From Eubacteriales bacterium (GTDB taxonomy: Bacteria > Bacillota > Clostridia > Oscillospirales > CAG-272): a stretch of DNA of 64,000 bases. The translations under genes were made by a program, and so were the position numbers. Position 1 is the stretch's first letter; every line of letters starts with the position of its first letter. Below the pieces are notes generated by a model. The model saw nothing but the letters and a program-made list of their open reading frames with translations, had not been told where the DNA came from and ran no database searches. Location of the stretch: positions 3,952-67,951 of the forward strand of contig JAZRGT010000031.1 of assembly GCA_045644325.1 (NCBI GenBank), read 5' to 3'. Below are positions 42,514-52,625 of the stretch, piece by piece.

Positions 42514-43617
42514 TTAAGCTCCCGATAATTTCTTGAGCTTTTTGAGATTTTCGCGGATTTCAATGTTCTGGGGGCAGATCTTTTCGCATTTTCCGCATTC
42601 GATACAGTCGCCCGCCTTGACTTCGAAGGAATTAAGGCTCGCCTTGGTTTCCTTTTTCGTTACCTTTGCCAGAGCGTATTCATTATACACGGCAAACAGA
42701 TCTGCGATCGGTACGTTTTTGGGGCAAACCTCTGCGCAATATCTGCATTTGGTGCAGGGGATCTGTCTGTACTGTCGAATAATCTCTCTTGCCTTGTCGG
42801 TCGCCGCAAGCTCCTCTTCGTTCAGCGGAACGAACGGATGCATTGTGCGGATATTGGATTCCATCATCTCCATATTGCCCATGCCCGAAAGCACCATAAA
42901 TACCTCGGGGAAGCTTGCCGCATATCGCAGAGCATAGGATACGGGTGTCGCATCGCCGAGCTTTTTGAATTCTGCCACGGCGGCATCGGGGAGACCCACA
43001 AGCGCGCCGCCCTTGACGGGCTCCATTACGATGACCTTTTTGCCGTGCTTGACGGCAACGTCATAGCACTTCTTGCTCTGAACCGAGGGATCGTCATAAT
43101 CGAGATAGTTGATCTGCAGCTGAACTGCCTCGATCTGCGGCTGTTCGGTAAGTATCATATCGAGAATATCTGCCGTGTCGTGGAAGGACATCGCGATATG
43201 CTTTACTTTTCCTTCCTTTTTCAAACCGTCAACGATTCCGAAGCTGTTGCACTCCTTATGCTTTTTATAGGAGTTGCGGTTGAGCGCGTGGAAGAGATAA
43301 AAGTCAAAATATTCAACTCCGCAGATCTCCAGCTGAGATTCAAATAAGGGAAGGATCTCCTCCTCGCTTTGGAAAAACCAATCCGAAAGCTTGTTTGCAA
43401 GGATATAGCTATCTCTCTCGTAACGGGAGGTCAGACAGGTTTTGACTGCCTTTTCGCTTTTGCCGTCGATATATCCGTGCGCGGTGTCGAAATAATTAAA
43501 TCCGTTTGCAATAAACGAGTCTACCATTCGATTGCATTCTGCCGTATCCACCTCACCGTCTATCATCGGCAAACGCATACAGCCAAATCCGAAATTGCGT
43601 TTTACATTGTCAAACAT
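42514..43617 (-). CDS. Aldo/keto reductase with a C-terminal 4Fe-4S ferredoxin-type domain
   Basis: The AKR N-terminus reads FGFGCMRLP...NGFNYFDTAHGY. The C-terminus carries CTKCRYCAEVCP and CIECGKCEKICP. The start is probably the ATG at 43617 behind GAGGTG. Confidence 0.8.
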   Translation of the reverse strand: MFDNVKRNFGFGCMRLPMIDGEVDTAECNRMVDSFIANGFNYFDTAHGYIDGKSEKAVKTCLTSRYERDSYILANKLSDWFFQSEEEILPLFESQLEICGVEYFDFYLFHALNRNSYKKHKECNSFGIVDGLKKEGKVKHIAMSFHDTADILDMILTEQPQIEAVQLQINYLDYDDPSVQSKKCYDVAVKHGKKVIVMEPVKGGALVGLPDAAVAEFKKLGDATPVSYALRYAASFPEVFMVLSGMGNMEMMESNIRTMHPFVPLNEEELAATDKAREIIRQYRQIPCTKCRYCAEVCPKNVPIADLFAVYNEYALAKVTKKETKASLNSFEVKAGDCIECGKCEKICPQNIEIRENLKKLKKLSGA

Positions 43618-43893
43618 AGGGCACCTCATCTTTAAATATTAAAATGTTTCAATAAATATATTATAATATACAATTCGATCGTTGTCAATATTTTTTAAAA
43701 ATTTCGCAGCCTTTTGAAATCAAGCCGCGAGCTCACCGAGCGGGAGATTATATCAAAAGCCTATTTTGCGAACAGGCTTAGCGTTTTTTTGCGGAAAGGG
43801 GGTAATTGACAAGCTTAATATATTTTAACTTGTCAACTATGGTGACCCTTAATAGCATATTTATCTGTCACGGTCAAGTGGCTCGCGAGTTTT

Positions 43894-44682
43894 TTATACT
43901 TTCCCCGAGCTATCCTCCGAATAAAAGCGGCGGCGGTATTCTGAGGGAGATATTCCCGTGTGATATTTATAAAATTTGCACAGCGCGCTTGCTGACCCAA
44001 AGCCCATAACCTCGGAGGTTGTCTGTATGGTGTGGTTTGCCGAGCTGAGATATTCTTCAATACGGCGAATGCGCAGGTCGGTTATGTATTTTTTTATCGG
44101 GATTTGCTCGGATTTGTAAAACACGCGTGAGACGTAGTCGGGACACAGACTGAAATGCAATGCAATATCGTTGACAGTAATATTGCGGTGTATACTTGCA
44201 TAAACGTATGTCTTGATGCTTTGGGCAAGCGATGTCGTGGGTTCGGTGTGAGGCTCTGACTGATACAGCACCTCATAAAACAACGCGTGCATAAGTGAGT
44301 TCATCGCCTCGCGAGGGTAATCGCTATATCCCAGCCTGTTTACAAGCTGGAAAAGCAGCTCGCGTATGTTTTTTTCCTCCCGGGGCGTAAAGCAGTTGGG
44401 GAAGGATGGGCGGGCGGCGTCACATTCGAACATTACGTAATAAAAACCGGTTTTGATACCCGACGGGCGATAACCCGCGCTGGTGATACCTTTCTCAAGG
44501 AAAATGCACTGCCCCGCTCGCACCTCATAGCGATTTCCCTCCTGCTCGATATACAAAACGCCCTCGGTGACAAATATAAGGTTATGGGGAGAATAACGCG
44601 TGCGCGGTGCATGGCTCCATACTGGATTGGTCACATATAGATATTTCGCCTTCAGGTATGTGCAACTGCTTACAAAATCCAC
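43894..44682 (-). CDS. AraC-family transcriptional regulator
   Basis: A GTG start at 44682 lies 8 nt after AAGGAGG; the track ORF's N-terminal extension lies inside the repeat element. A cupin-like N-terminus is followed by the HTH block ITVNDIALHFSLCPDYVSRVFYK... Confidence 0.8.
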   Translation of the reverse strand: MDFVSSCTYLKAKYLYVTNPVWSHAPRTRYSPHNLIFVTEGVLYIEQEGNRYEVRAGQCIFLEKGITSAGYRPSGIKTGFYYVMFECDAARPSFPNCFTPREEKNIRELLFQLVNRLGYSDYPREAMNSLMHALFYEVLYQSEPHTEPTTSLAQSIKTYVYASIHRNITVNDIALHFSLCPDYVSRVFYKSEQIPIKKYITDLRIRRIEEYLSSANHTIQTTSEVMGFGSASALCKFYKYHTGISPSEYRRRFYSEDSSGKV

Positions 44683-44710
44683 GTTCGAGACCTCCTTTTT
44701 CTCACATCTA

Positions 44711-44927
44711 TATAGCCAATTGTAAAACTTCGTTTTGCAATTGAAAACCAGCGCGGCGGGGGTACGCGCGCTTATCTCCACCGCCAAAATCAAGGATTTT
44801 GACGGCTCCCCTCGGCGCGCGGGCTCGCGTGGCTCGCGCGCCGAGGTGTTTTTTCGGTCGGCAAAGCCGCCGAAAAAACGGATTTTATTATATTATAATT
44901 CGCGTATTTTTACAATTGGCTATAACA
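44711..44927 (-). repeat. MITE-like repeat, copy 3 (inverted relative to copy 1), with outer terminal inverted repeats
   Basis: 44717-44882 is the reverse complement of copy 1 with scattered substitutions. It is bounded by TATAGCCAATTGTAAAA (44711-27) and TTTTTACAATTGGCTATA (about 44908-27). Confidence 0.75.
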
Positions 44928-45094
44928 TTTATAATTAAATTATATCAAAATCTTCGTGCGTTGTCAATACAATTACACAAAGTCGGAAAATATCAATAAA
45001 GTTAGGATTTTTTCACTTGATTTTTTTAAAAAAATTTGTAAAATATAAGTATATATAATATGATTTTCATATTAGCTTTATCAGGAGGAAAACG

Positions 45095-46606
45095 ATGAAA
45101 AGAAACGTATTATTAAGAGTGCTCTCTCTTATGTTGGCTGTGATGATGCTGCTTTCCGTGATAGCATGCGCCGATCAGACCGATACCCCCTCGGACACGA
45201 CTGCGGGAGGCAATAACGGTGATGAAGGCAATGCCGCTACCACTGCCGCCCCCGAGACCACAAGTCCTTATGACGAAAACGGTTATCTCAAGGATACTCT
45301 GTCCCCCGATCTCAACTTTGACAATTACAAGTTCAACATTCTGGGCTGGAACACATCCTTGCCGGACTTTTACGTTGAAATGGACACAGGTGACACCGTT
45401 GTTGATAGTATTTTCTTACGCAACTTAGCCGTTGAGGAGAGACTGGGCATTACCATCTCCTCTAACCTTATCAACGGTGACAACTCCAATCAGGCTTCCT
45501 ACGTTGAGCACGCAATGGCAGCAATCCTTGCAGGCGGCACTTGCGAATACGATATGATCGGTTGCTACAGTATGTGCGGCGGTACTCTTGCTACCCGTAA
45601 CGCTATCACCGACCTGTACACGCTTGATCACCTCAACTTTGATATGCCCTGGTGGTCCGACTCGCTTATCGAAATGTCTACCATCAACGAAAAATTGTTC
45701 TTCGTTTCGGGCGATGCGGCAAACTCGCTTATCTACAACCTCTACTTCCTTATCTACAACCACAATCTCGGAACAAGTATCGGTCTGAGCGATCCCCGTC
45801 CGCTGGTTCTGGACGGCACTTGGACTATCGACAAAATGATCGAAATGACCGCAAACACTTACGTTGACGCAGGCGCGACCGGTCCCTCCGTTGAGGATAC
45901 CTTCGGATACGTAAACTACGGTCAGGTACATATGGACTGCTTTATCGCCGCATCCGGTATTCGTATGTCCGCCCCCAATGCCGATGGCGTAATTCAGCTC
46001 ACCGATGACTTTATGGGTGAAAAGACACACTCTCTCATCACTAAGCTGAACAGCTGGATCTGGGAGACCGGCGATTGCTGGTATAATACCAGCGACGGAT
46101 ATAAGATCATCACCGACAACCGCGCGCTGTTCGGTGCAGTTGCGGGCAGTACCATCACCGGTCTGCGCGACAAGGATATGTCCTACGGTATAGTTCCTTA
46201 TCCCAAGATGTACGCCGATCAGGAGCAGTATTACACCAACCTCGGCTTTGCTTACACCAACTTCTGCATTCCCACAACTGCTAAGGATGCCAATATGTCC
46301 GCAGCCGTTCTTGAGGCGCTGGGCTCCGAGAGCCACAGATCCTCCGCTCCCGCACTGTTTGAAAACTGTATGAAGTCGCGTTGGGCAGCCGACAACCTTG
46401 ACGGTCAAATGTACGATATCATCAAGGGCAACCTGTATATTGACTCCACCCGTATCTTCAGCTCCAGCTTTACCTGGGCATCAAGCGCAGTTGCTCTGTT
46501 CCGAAACAGCTTGACGGGCAACGACAGTAACTGGACCGCCAAGATCAAGGGAGCCTCCCGAAACATCAATAAGGTGTTTGAGGGCATTTCCGAGTCTCTC
46601 AGCTAA
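45095..46606 (+). CDS. Extracellular solute-binding lipoprotein (sugar-type)
   Basis: Lipobox VIACADQ. SPYDENGYLKDTLSPDLNF is shared with 52626..54152. A GGAGG ribosome-binding site is present. Confidence 0.7.
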   Translation: MKRNVLLRVLSLMLAVMMLLSVIACADQTDTPSDTTAGGNNGDEGNAATTAAPETTSPYDENGYLKDTLSPDLNFDNYKFNILGWNTSLPDFYVEMDTGDTVVDSIFLRNLAVEERLGITISSNLINGDNSNQASYVEHAMAAILAGGTCEYDMIGCYSMCGGTLATRNAITDLYTLDHLNFDMPWWSDSLIEMSTINEKLFFVSGDAANSLIYNLYFLIYNHNLGTSIGLSDPRPLVLDGTWTIDKMIEMTANTYVDAGATGPSVEDTFGYVNYGQVHMDCFIAASGIRMSAPNADGVIQLTDDFMGEKTHSLITKLNSWIWETGDCWYNTSDGYKIITDNRALFGAVAGSTITGLRDKDMSYGIVPYPKMYADQEQYYTNLGFAYTNFCIPTTAKDANMSAAVLEALGSESHRSSAPALFENCMKSRWAADNLDGQMYDIIKGNLYIDSTRIFSSSFTWASSAVALFRNSLTGNDSNWTAKIKGASRNINKVFEGISESLS

Positions 46607-46611
46607 AAGAT

Positions 46612-48297
46612 ATGAAAAAAACGTGTTTTATACTTGCGCTCGTTATATTTACAATGACATTGGCAGGCTGTCAGCCTGCCAATGTGCCCTCTGCGGATAC
46701 TACCGCCCCCGACACCACTGCGGCAGATATCGCTTCGGATACCACAGTGGCGGACGGTCTTGTCAGAATAGTGGAGGGTGGCGAGAGTGACTATATGGTA
46801 TTGCGCGCAGATCTGGCGTCCGATACCGAGGTTAATGCGGCAGTTGCGTTGCGCACAGCCATCAACGAAACGTACGGCATCCGCATGCGCATCGGTAACG
46901 AGATTGACTCAAAGCCCGACCGTGCAATAATCGTTGGCAACGTAAACTACGGCGGCGCGGCAGAAATTGCTGCCTCTCTCGGCTACTATGAATATATCAT
47001 TACGTTTTCGGGACAGCATATCGTCATTTGCGGCGGCAGTCCCGAGGCAACTCAGTCAGCAGTAAACGCCTTTATAGATAAATATCTGAGCAAAGATTCC
47101 GGGGTGCTTGCCGTCCCCGAAGATCTGAACGACTCTTACCGCCCCGAGACGCTGGCAACCGACGGCACTATCGGCGGCGAAAGCCTCAAAAATTTCAGCA
47201 TATACGTCAGCTCTACTGCCGTATACAGCGAAAAGCTGGCGGCGGGGAGCATACACTCGGCGCTTCGCGAGACCTTGGGCATTAATATTTCTGTTATCGA
47301 TAAGGGTACCGTACCCGGCGACTGTGCGATAATCATAGGCAACGTTAAAAATGCGACCTCTGCAGGTTGTGATGCTGCGCTTGCGGCTTGCGGCGACGGT
47401 CAGGGACTTGTATATTTCGAGGGCACAAGAGTGTATATCACGGGCAAGGATACCGATGCCACCTGCCGCGCAGTCGAGCTGTTTATAAAAGACTGTCTGG
47501 CGGCGGACCACGTAAAGGACGGTGTGCTGACCGTGCCCACCGACACGCTGAAGGTATCGACTCCCGCCGAAACGTATACCGTTATGAGCTTTAATCTGCT
47601 TGTGGCAAAGGAGTCGGAGCCCGACCGTTTCAATGCGGCGCTGACACAGATAAATGCGGCTGACCCCGATATTCTGGGTGTTCAGGAATGCTCGGTTTTG
47701 TGGTATGAATACCTCTGCCGTCAGCTTGGCGACAGATATAATGTGGTTGGCGAGCTTAATCACTCCTCCACGCAGATGTGGCGCAACGCCATTTTCTACA
47801 AAAAAGACAAGTTCGAGCTACTCGAGACCAAAACGCAGTGGCTGTCGGCAACGCCGAGCGTTTCCAGCCGTCTTTCGAATGAAAACCAGTATCGCATACT
47901 TACGTATGCCGTGCTGAAGGATGTCAAAACCGGTGCCACATTTGCGCATTGCAACACGCACATGACCATAATCGAGGAGGTGCGCGAATCGCAGTTCAAT
48001 GTGTTGGTCAGATTGCTTGAAAAGCTTGATTACCCCATCGTTATGACGGGTGACTTCAACACGCGCGAGGGCACGGGGTATTATCAGAAGATAACCGATT
48101 TCGGGCTGTACAGTGCGCACGTTATGACGTCGGCAAACGATCCCGCACATACGGTTTCGTCCTCGACCATAGACTTTTGCTTTGTTGACCCCGCACATAT
48201 GGGCGTGGTCAGCCACGAGGTAATTGAGGAGACCGTGAACGGCGTCGAGCCCTCCGATCATAACGCAGTAGTGGTCAAATTCAGGTTTTATGAATAA
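46612..48297 (+). CDS. Lipoprotein with a C-terminal endonuclease/exonuclease/phosphatase (EEP) domain
   Basis: Lipobox LAGCQP. EEP blocks: VMSFNLL, PDILGVQEC, HCNTHM, MTGDFNT and PSDHNAVVV. Confidence 0.75.
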   Translation: MKKTCFILALVIFTMTLAGCQPANVPSADTTAPDTTAADIASDTTVADGLVRIVEGGESDYMVLRADLASDTEVNAAVALRTAINETYGIRMRIGNEIDSKPDRAIIVGNVNYGGAAEIAASLGYYEYIITFSGQHIVICGGSPEATQSAVNAFIDKYLSKDSGVLAVPEDLNDSYRPETLATDGTIGGESLKNFSIYVSSTAVYSEKLAAGSIHSALRETLGINISVIDKGTVPGDCAIIIGNVKNATSAGCDAALAACGDGQGLVYFEGTRVYITGKDTDATCRAVELFIKDCLAADHVKDGVLTVPTDTLKVSTPAETYTVMSFNLLVAKESEPDRFNAALTQINAADPDILGVQECSVLWYEYLCRQLGDRYNVVGELNHSSTQMWRNAIFYKKDKFELLETKTQWLSATPSVSSRLSNENQYRILTYAVLKDVKTGATFAHCNTHMTIIEEVRESQFNVLVRLLEKLDYPIVMTGDFNTREGTGYYQKITDFGLYSAHVMTSANDPAHTVSSSTIDFCFVDPAHMGVVSHEVIEETVNGVEPSDHNAVVVKFRFYE

Positions 48298-48303
48298 AAA
48301 ATA

Positions 48304-48340
48304 AGGACAGAGAATTTTTACGTTCTCTGTCCTTTTGTTT
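48304..48340 (+). terminator. Terminator of the EEP gene
   Basis: Stem AGGACAGAGAA/TTCTCTGTCCT followed by TTTGTTT. Confidence 0.7.
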
Positions 48341-48434
48341 GTGCCCTGCTTTTTTAATAAGGGAGCAGATATCTATGATTCCGTAGCACAGAAACTAATT
48401 TGGTTGCAGATCAGGTGGGTGGGAAGGTTTGCCG

Positions 48435-48556
48435 CGCCGCGGCAAACCTCGAGGGTATGCTTAAGAGTTATTTCAAATATGCCCCTGAAGCCTTGCAAAA
48501 TAAAGCTTTTTACGCTAAAAATACAAGAAGAGCGATCTCTCGATCGCGCTTTTCAC
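48435..48556 (+). repeat. Copy C of the rubrerythrin 3' end plus terminator module (decayed)
   Basis: It shares CGCCGCGGCAA..CTCGAGGGTATGCTTAAGAGTTATTTCAAATAT plus spacer and hairpin. Relative to rbr it has a 2-nt deletion, and the stop codon has changed from TAA to TAT. Confidence 0.75.
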
Positions 48557-48741
48557 GTAATCTCTACTATATTGCTTTTATATGTTTTTGTGCTTTATCA
48601 AACATCAAAAAAGGTCACAAATGAACTTTACACGGCTTATTAATTATGATATAATTATTATAATAGCCGTTAAATTATATCTTGGTTAAATTACCGCTAT
48701 GATCCAAGTTTATTATTTTATATTCTAAAAGGAAGGGAACA

Positions 48742-50310
48742 ATGGTCAAGGTTGATAATAACGAATTAGGAATAATTTTAAGTACCCTTTCGTGTGAAAA
48801 GATATTCAGTGAAAAACGGGCTTTTTTGAGACTTGAATCTGATGATATGTTTGAAATAGCCCTGGTTGTCTCGGGTTCGGGAATCCATCGCGTTCTTGAT
48901 AAGGACATTCCAAGCAAACAAGGAGATATATTCGTAATCCCTCCGCACACTCCTCACGGCTATTTTATTGAAAAAGAGAATGACGATTTTGCGATAAGAC
49001 GGCTCTTTTGGAATATGAACGATTGGTTTAGCGGAGATTGCGCCAATCATTCAAGCCGCCGCTATTGTTACGGTATATTTCGTGAAAACTCAACTTTAGG
49101 ATATGCCGTTTTGAATGCCACCGTATTTGATGATATTGGTCATCTGTGGAATATTATCGAATCCGAAATCGAACTGCAAAGAGAGGAATACAGAGAAGCC
49201 ATAAGAGGAGTGCTTTCTTATTTTTTGATAACTATTTCAAGATATATAAACTCTTCTGTAAAAAATCTGTCTTTTGCATCGTACGAGGAATGGAATATTG
49301 TATCCAGCGCAATTAAAATCATCCGTGAGGAATATTATGATCCGTCACTCAATAAAGAAAAGATCGCCGAGAGACTTTATGTAAGTAAATCTCATTTGGG
49401 AAGAATATTTACCAAAATCACCGGCAAGTTCTTTTCGGATTACTTGCGTGATATAAGATTGAATAACGTTTGTCAGCTTTTAGAGAAAAGCGATTCCAAT
49501 ATAAATGATGTCGCCAGAAGATGCGGATTTATCAATATTCCGTCTTTTTACAAGAATTTTGAAGCAAAAATGAATATGACACCGAATGAATACAGACAGT
49601 CCGTGCTTCACTCTGCGACCTGTACGATTACGGATGAATATATCAAGTTACTAAAAGGAGAAAAAATAATGGGGATTTTGAATGATATTTCTGAAAATCT
49701 TCAAAAGGGTAAATCTAAAATAGTAAAGCAGCTTGTTGGGCAGGCACTTGACGAGGGAGTAAAGCCTGACGATATTCTCAGCGAAGGCTTGCTCAGAGGT
49801 ATGAGCATTATCGGTGAGAAGTTCAAAAACAACGAGGTATTTGTTCCCGAGGTTCTCGTTGCCGCAAGAGCAATGAATATGGGTGCTCAAATTCTGAAGC
49901 CTTATCTGGCTGAATCGGGAATAAAGGCGGTCGGCAGGGTTTGTATAGGTACAGTTCAAGGAGATCTTCACGATATAGGAAAGAATCTTGTAAAAATGAT
50001 GCTTGAAGGCAAGGGACTTGAGGTGATCGATCTGGGAACGGACGTAGCCGCTGAAACTTTTATTCAAACCGCCATTGAACAGGACTGCCGCGTGATTTGT
50101 TGTTCGGCGCTCCTCACCACCACTATGCCGGTTATGGCTGAAGTAGTGAAATTAGCTGAGGAAAAAGGCATACGGGATAAGGTGAAGATTATGATCGGCG
50201 GCGCGCCCGTTTCGCAGGCATACTGTAATAAGATAGGTGCTGACTGTTATACGGTTGACGCGGCAAGCGCGGCTGATGCTGCCGTAGAGTTTTGCAAGAC
50301 TCAAGTTTAA
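48742..50310 (+). CDS. AraC-type regulator reading in frame into an MtaC/MtbC-like corrinoid (B12)-binding protein
   Basis: Residues 1 to about 300 are cupin plus AraC HTH (KIAERLYVSKSHLGRIFTK...INDVARRCGFINIPSFYKNF). From the ATG at 49669, behind AAAGGAGAA, comes a corrinoid protein with DxHxxG (GDLHDIGKN), SALLTTT and MIGGAPV. There is no in-frame stop between the two parts. Confidence 0.7.
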   Translation: MVKVDNNELGIILSTLSCEKIFSEKRAFLRLESDDMFEIALVVSGSGIHRVLDKDIPSKQGDIFVIPPHTPHGYFIEKENDDFAIRRLFWNMNDWFSGDCANHSSRRYCYGIFRENSTLGYAVLNATVFDDIGHLWNIIESEIELQREEYREAIRGVLSYFLITISRYINSSVKNLSFASYEEWNIVSSAIKIIREEYYDPSLNKEKIAERLYVSKSHLGRIFTKITGKFFSDYLRDIRLNNVCQLLEKSDSNINDVARRCGFINIPSFYKNFEAKMNMTPNEYRQSVLHSATCTITDEYIKLLKGEKIMGILNDISENLQKGKSKIVKQLVGQALDEGVKPDDILSEGLLRGMSIIGEKFKNNEVFVPEVLVAARAMNMGAQILKPYLAESGIKAVGRVCIGTVQGDLHDIGKNLVKMMLEGKGLEVIDLGTDVAAETFIQTAIEQDCRVICCSALLTTTMPVMAEVVKLAEEKGIRDKVKIMIGGAPVSQAYCNKIGADCYTVDAASAADAAVEFCKTQV

Positions 50311-50333
50311 TATTTAAGAATAGAGGGAAATTT

Positions 50334-51371
50334 ATGACTAATCACAATATGAGAAAATGGGTGGATTCGCTGAAAGGTACGGATCAAAAGAAGTCCATAC
50401 CCATTTTGTCCTTCCCGTGTGTGAATCTTTTAGGCGTAACAGTCCGCGAACTTATTTCAGACAGCGCGCTTCAAGCTAAAGGAATGAAGGCGGTAGCCGA
50501 TAGGACGGATGCCGCAGCTTCTGTCAGCTTTATGGATCTGTCGGTTGAGGCGGAATGCTTTGGTGCTGAGGTTGCAGTATCTAATGACGAAGTTCCTACG
50601 GTTAAGGGAAGAATAATAAACGATATGGATGAGGCTGAAGCACTTCAAATACCCGATGTGGGAAGCGGAAGGACTCAGCTGTATATTGATGCGATAGAAA
50701 AAGCAAGTAAAGAGATAACGGATCGCCCCGTGCTCGCAGGTATGATCGGGCCATTCTCTCTTGCCGCCAGACTGCTTGACGTTTCCGAGATAATGATGGA
50801 TTGCTATGATGATCCCGATATGGTACATACCGTGCTTGAAAAGGTCACCTCGTTTCTGATCCAATATGCCAAGGCATACAGAGCGGCAGGCGCGAACGGT
50901 ATAGTAATGGCTGAGCCGGTTGCGGGACTTCTTTCTCCCACGCTCGAAGAGGAATTTGCCTCGCCTTACGTCAAGAAAATAGTCGATGCGGTTCAAAGCG
51001 ATGATTTCATTATAATTTATCATAATTGCGGAAACAACGTGCCGCTGATGCTCCCCTCGATTATGACCACGGGATGTGCGGCTTATCATTTCGGAAATGC
51101 GGTGGATCTTGAGAAAGATATCATTGATAAAGTGCCGGGCGACGTTATTATTATGGGAAATATTGACCCCGCCGGCGTACTTCGAATGGGAACTCCCGAC
51201 AGAGTAAGAGAGGAAACGCTGGCATTATTGAATAAATGTTCAAAACACCCTAATTTCGTTTTGTCATCGGGTTGCGACATTCCTCCTATGACACCGTGGG
51301 AAAATATTGATGCGTTTTTTGCGGCTCAGAATGAATATTATGAAAACAGAGGAGACCACCGCAATGATTAA
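50334..51371 (+). CDS. URO-D family methyltransferase (MtaA/MtbA-like)
   Basis: The start is placed at the ATG at 50334 behind AGAGGGAAA. IIYHNCGN (H-x-C zinc motif) and SSGCDIPP are present. It lies adjacent to the corrinoid protein. Confidence 0.7.
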   Translation: MTNHNMRKWVDSLKGTDQKKSIPILSFPCVNLLGVTVRELISDSALQAKGMKAVADRTDAAASVSFMDLSVEAECFGAEVAVSNDEVPTVKGRIINDMDEAEALQIPDVGSGRTQLYIDAIEKASKEITDRPVLAGMIGPFSLAARLLDVSEIMMDCYDDPDMVHTVLEKVTSFLIQYAKAYRAAGANGIVMAEPVAGLLSPTLEEEFASPYVKKIVDAVQSDDFIIIYHNCGNNVPLMLPSIMTTGCAAYHFGNAVDLEKDIIDKVPGDVIIMGNIDPAGVLRMGTPDRVREETLALLNKCSKHPNFVLSSGCDIPPMTPWENIDAFFAAQNEYYENRGDHRND

Positions 51372-52602
51372 AGTATCATTAAATGATCGCGAAATCCTCC
51401 GTGAGCTTGCCGCGCGGAAGGCTCAGCTTGCTAACTGCGCCCGCAACGACGAGATCCTCGAGATGTGGAATAAACAGGCGAAAGGCATAAAGGACACACC
51501 TACCGTCAGATTATTGTTCTCGAATTTTCCGGGCGAGGTCATTGATCCCCGTATGCGCTGTGAAGGTGCTGAGGCGCGGAAACTTGAACGGCAGCTGTTA
51601 TCCTCTATGGTAGGCAGAGAGCTTTTTGACGATGATACTCCGATTTCGGACAGATTTGACGTAAACGTATTTGTAAAAGGCTCGCCCTTTGGCGCACGTC
51701 CCAATATTACCCGAGCCAAGGGTTCGATAGGATTTCATATCGAGCCGTTGACCGACGATATAGAGGAGGATTTCGATATCTTCCGCGGCGGCGGTTTTAC
51801 TGTTGATATGGACGGCACAAGGGAATGGTGCGCTTTTGCGGACAGTATTTTCGGGGATATTCTCCCCGCCCGCATTATGCAGGCATCCCTGAAGGGCGCT
51901 ATCACCAATCCCTTGGTAATGCTGATCAATATGGAAACATACTATACGTCTATGTATGATTGTCCCGAAAAGCTCCACGAGCTGATGGATATGGCAACGA
52001 GGGTTTACGAGAAATACTACGATTATCTCGAAGAAAACGGACTGCTTCTTCCGACAAACGGATTTTCCCGTGTCGCTCAGGAATCATTCGCATTCACCGA
52101 TGAGCTCCCCGCCGACGGTGAAATAACCTCCACGAAGCAGATTTGGGGCTTCCTTGAATCGCAGGAAACAACAGCCGTCTCTCCGGCGATGTACGGAGAA
52201 TTCGTTTATCCTTATTTTGACCGTATGGTCAAGCGATTCGGTCTGCTTTCCTACGGTTGCTGTGAAAGAGTGGACAACCTTTGGGAAGACTACCTTTCGG
52301 GATGGGATAATCTCCGTAAGCTCTCGGTATCGCCCTTTAATAACGAAGAGCAGGTTGGTGAATATCTGCGCGGAACCCGCGTTGTATATTACAGTAAACC
52401 CAGAGCCGAGTATGTAACAGAGCCCGGTCCTCTTGATGAAGATGCGATACGAAAATGCTTCAGAGATATCAGCAAAGCATCGAGCGGATGCTTGCTTGAG
52501 GTAGCTCAGAGAGAAGTGGGAACCATTTATGGTGACTATGAGCGCGGCAGACGTTACGTTCAGCTCGCGAAGGAAACCATAGCCGAATATTGGAAACCTT
52601 AA
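51364..52602 (+). CDS. Conserved 412-aa protein, copy 1 (possible substrate-specific methyltransferase; function unknown)
   Basis: The start is placed at the ATG at 51364 and overlaps the upstream stop (ATGATTAA). It is roughly 85-90% identical by eye to 54234..55472. Confidence 0.6.
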   Translation: MIKVSLNDREILRELAARKAQLANCARNDEILEMWNKQAKGIKDTPTVRLLFSNFPGEVIDPRMRCEGAEARKLERQLLSSMVGRELFDDDTPISDRFDVNVFVKGSPFGARPNITRAKGSIGFHIEPLTDDIEEDFDIFRGGGFTVDMDGTREWCAFADSIFGDILPARIMQASLKGAITNPLVMLINMETYYTSMYDCPEKLHELMDMATRVYEKYYDYLEENGLLLPTNGFSRVAQESFAFTDELPADGEITSTKQIWGFLESQETTAVSPAMYGEFVYPYFDRMVKRFGLLSYGCCERVDNLWEDYLSGWDNLRKLSVSPFNNEEQVGEYLRGTRVVYYSKPRAEYVTEPGPLDEDAIRKCFRDISKASSGCLLEVAQREVGTIYGDYERGRRYVQLAKETIAEYWKP

Positions 52603-52625
52603 GGATTTAATTAAAAAAAGATAAA

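Noticed and set aside
43803-43838. Palindrome TTGACAAG-15 nt-CTTGTCAA between the AKR and AraC genes
   Set aside because: It could be an operator. However, it is a single occurrence overlapping promoter-like TTGACA boxes, and I cannot link it to a regulator.
44735-44999. Short Arg/Ala-rich ORFs (44735..44938, 44799..44999)
   Set aside because: They lie inside the MITE-like repeat copy 3. Their apparent coding potential comes from the GC-rich palindromic core.
45425-46408. 327-aa minus-strand ORF
   Set aside because: It is an antisense shadow of the SBP lipoprotein gene 45095..46606, typical of GC-rich third positions.
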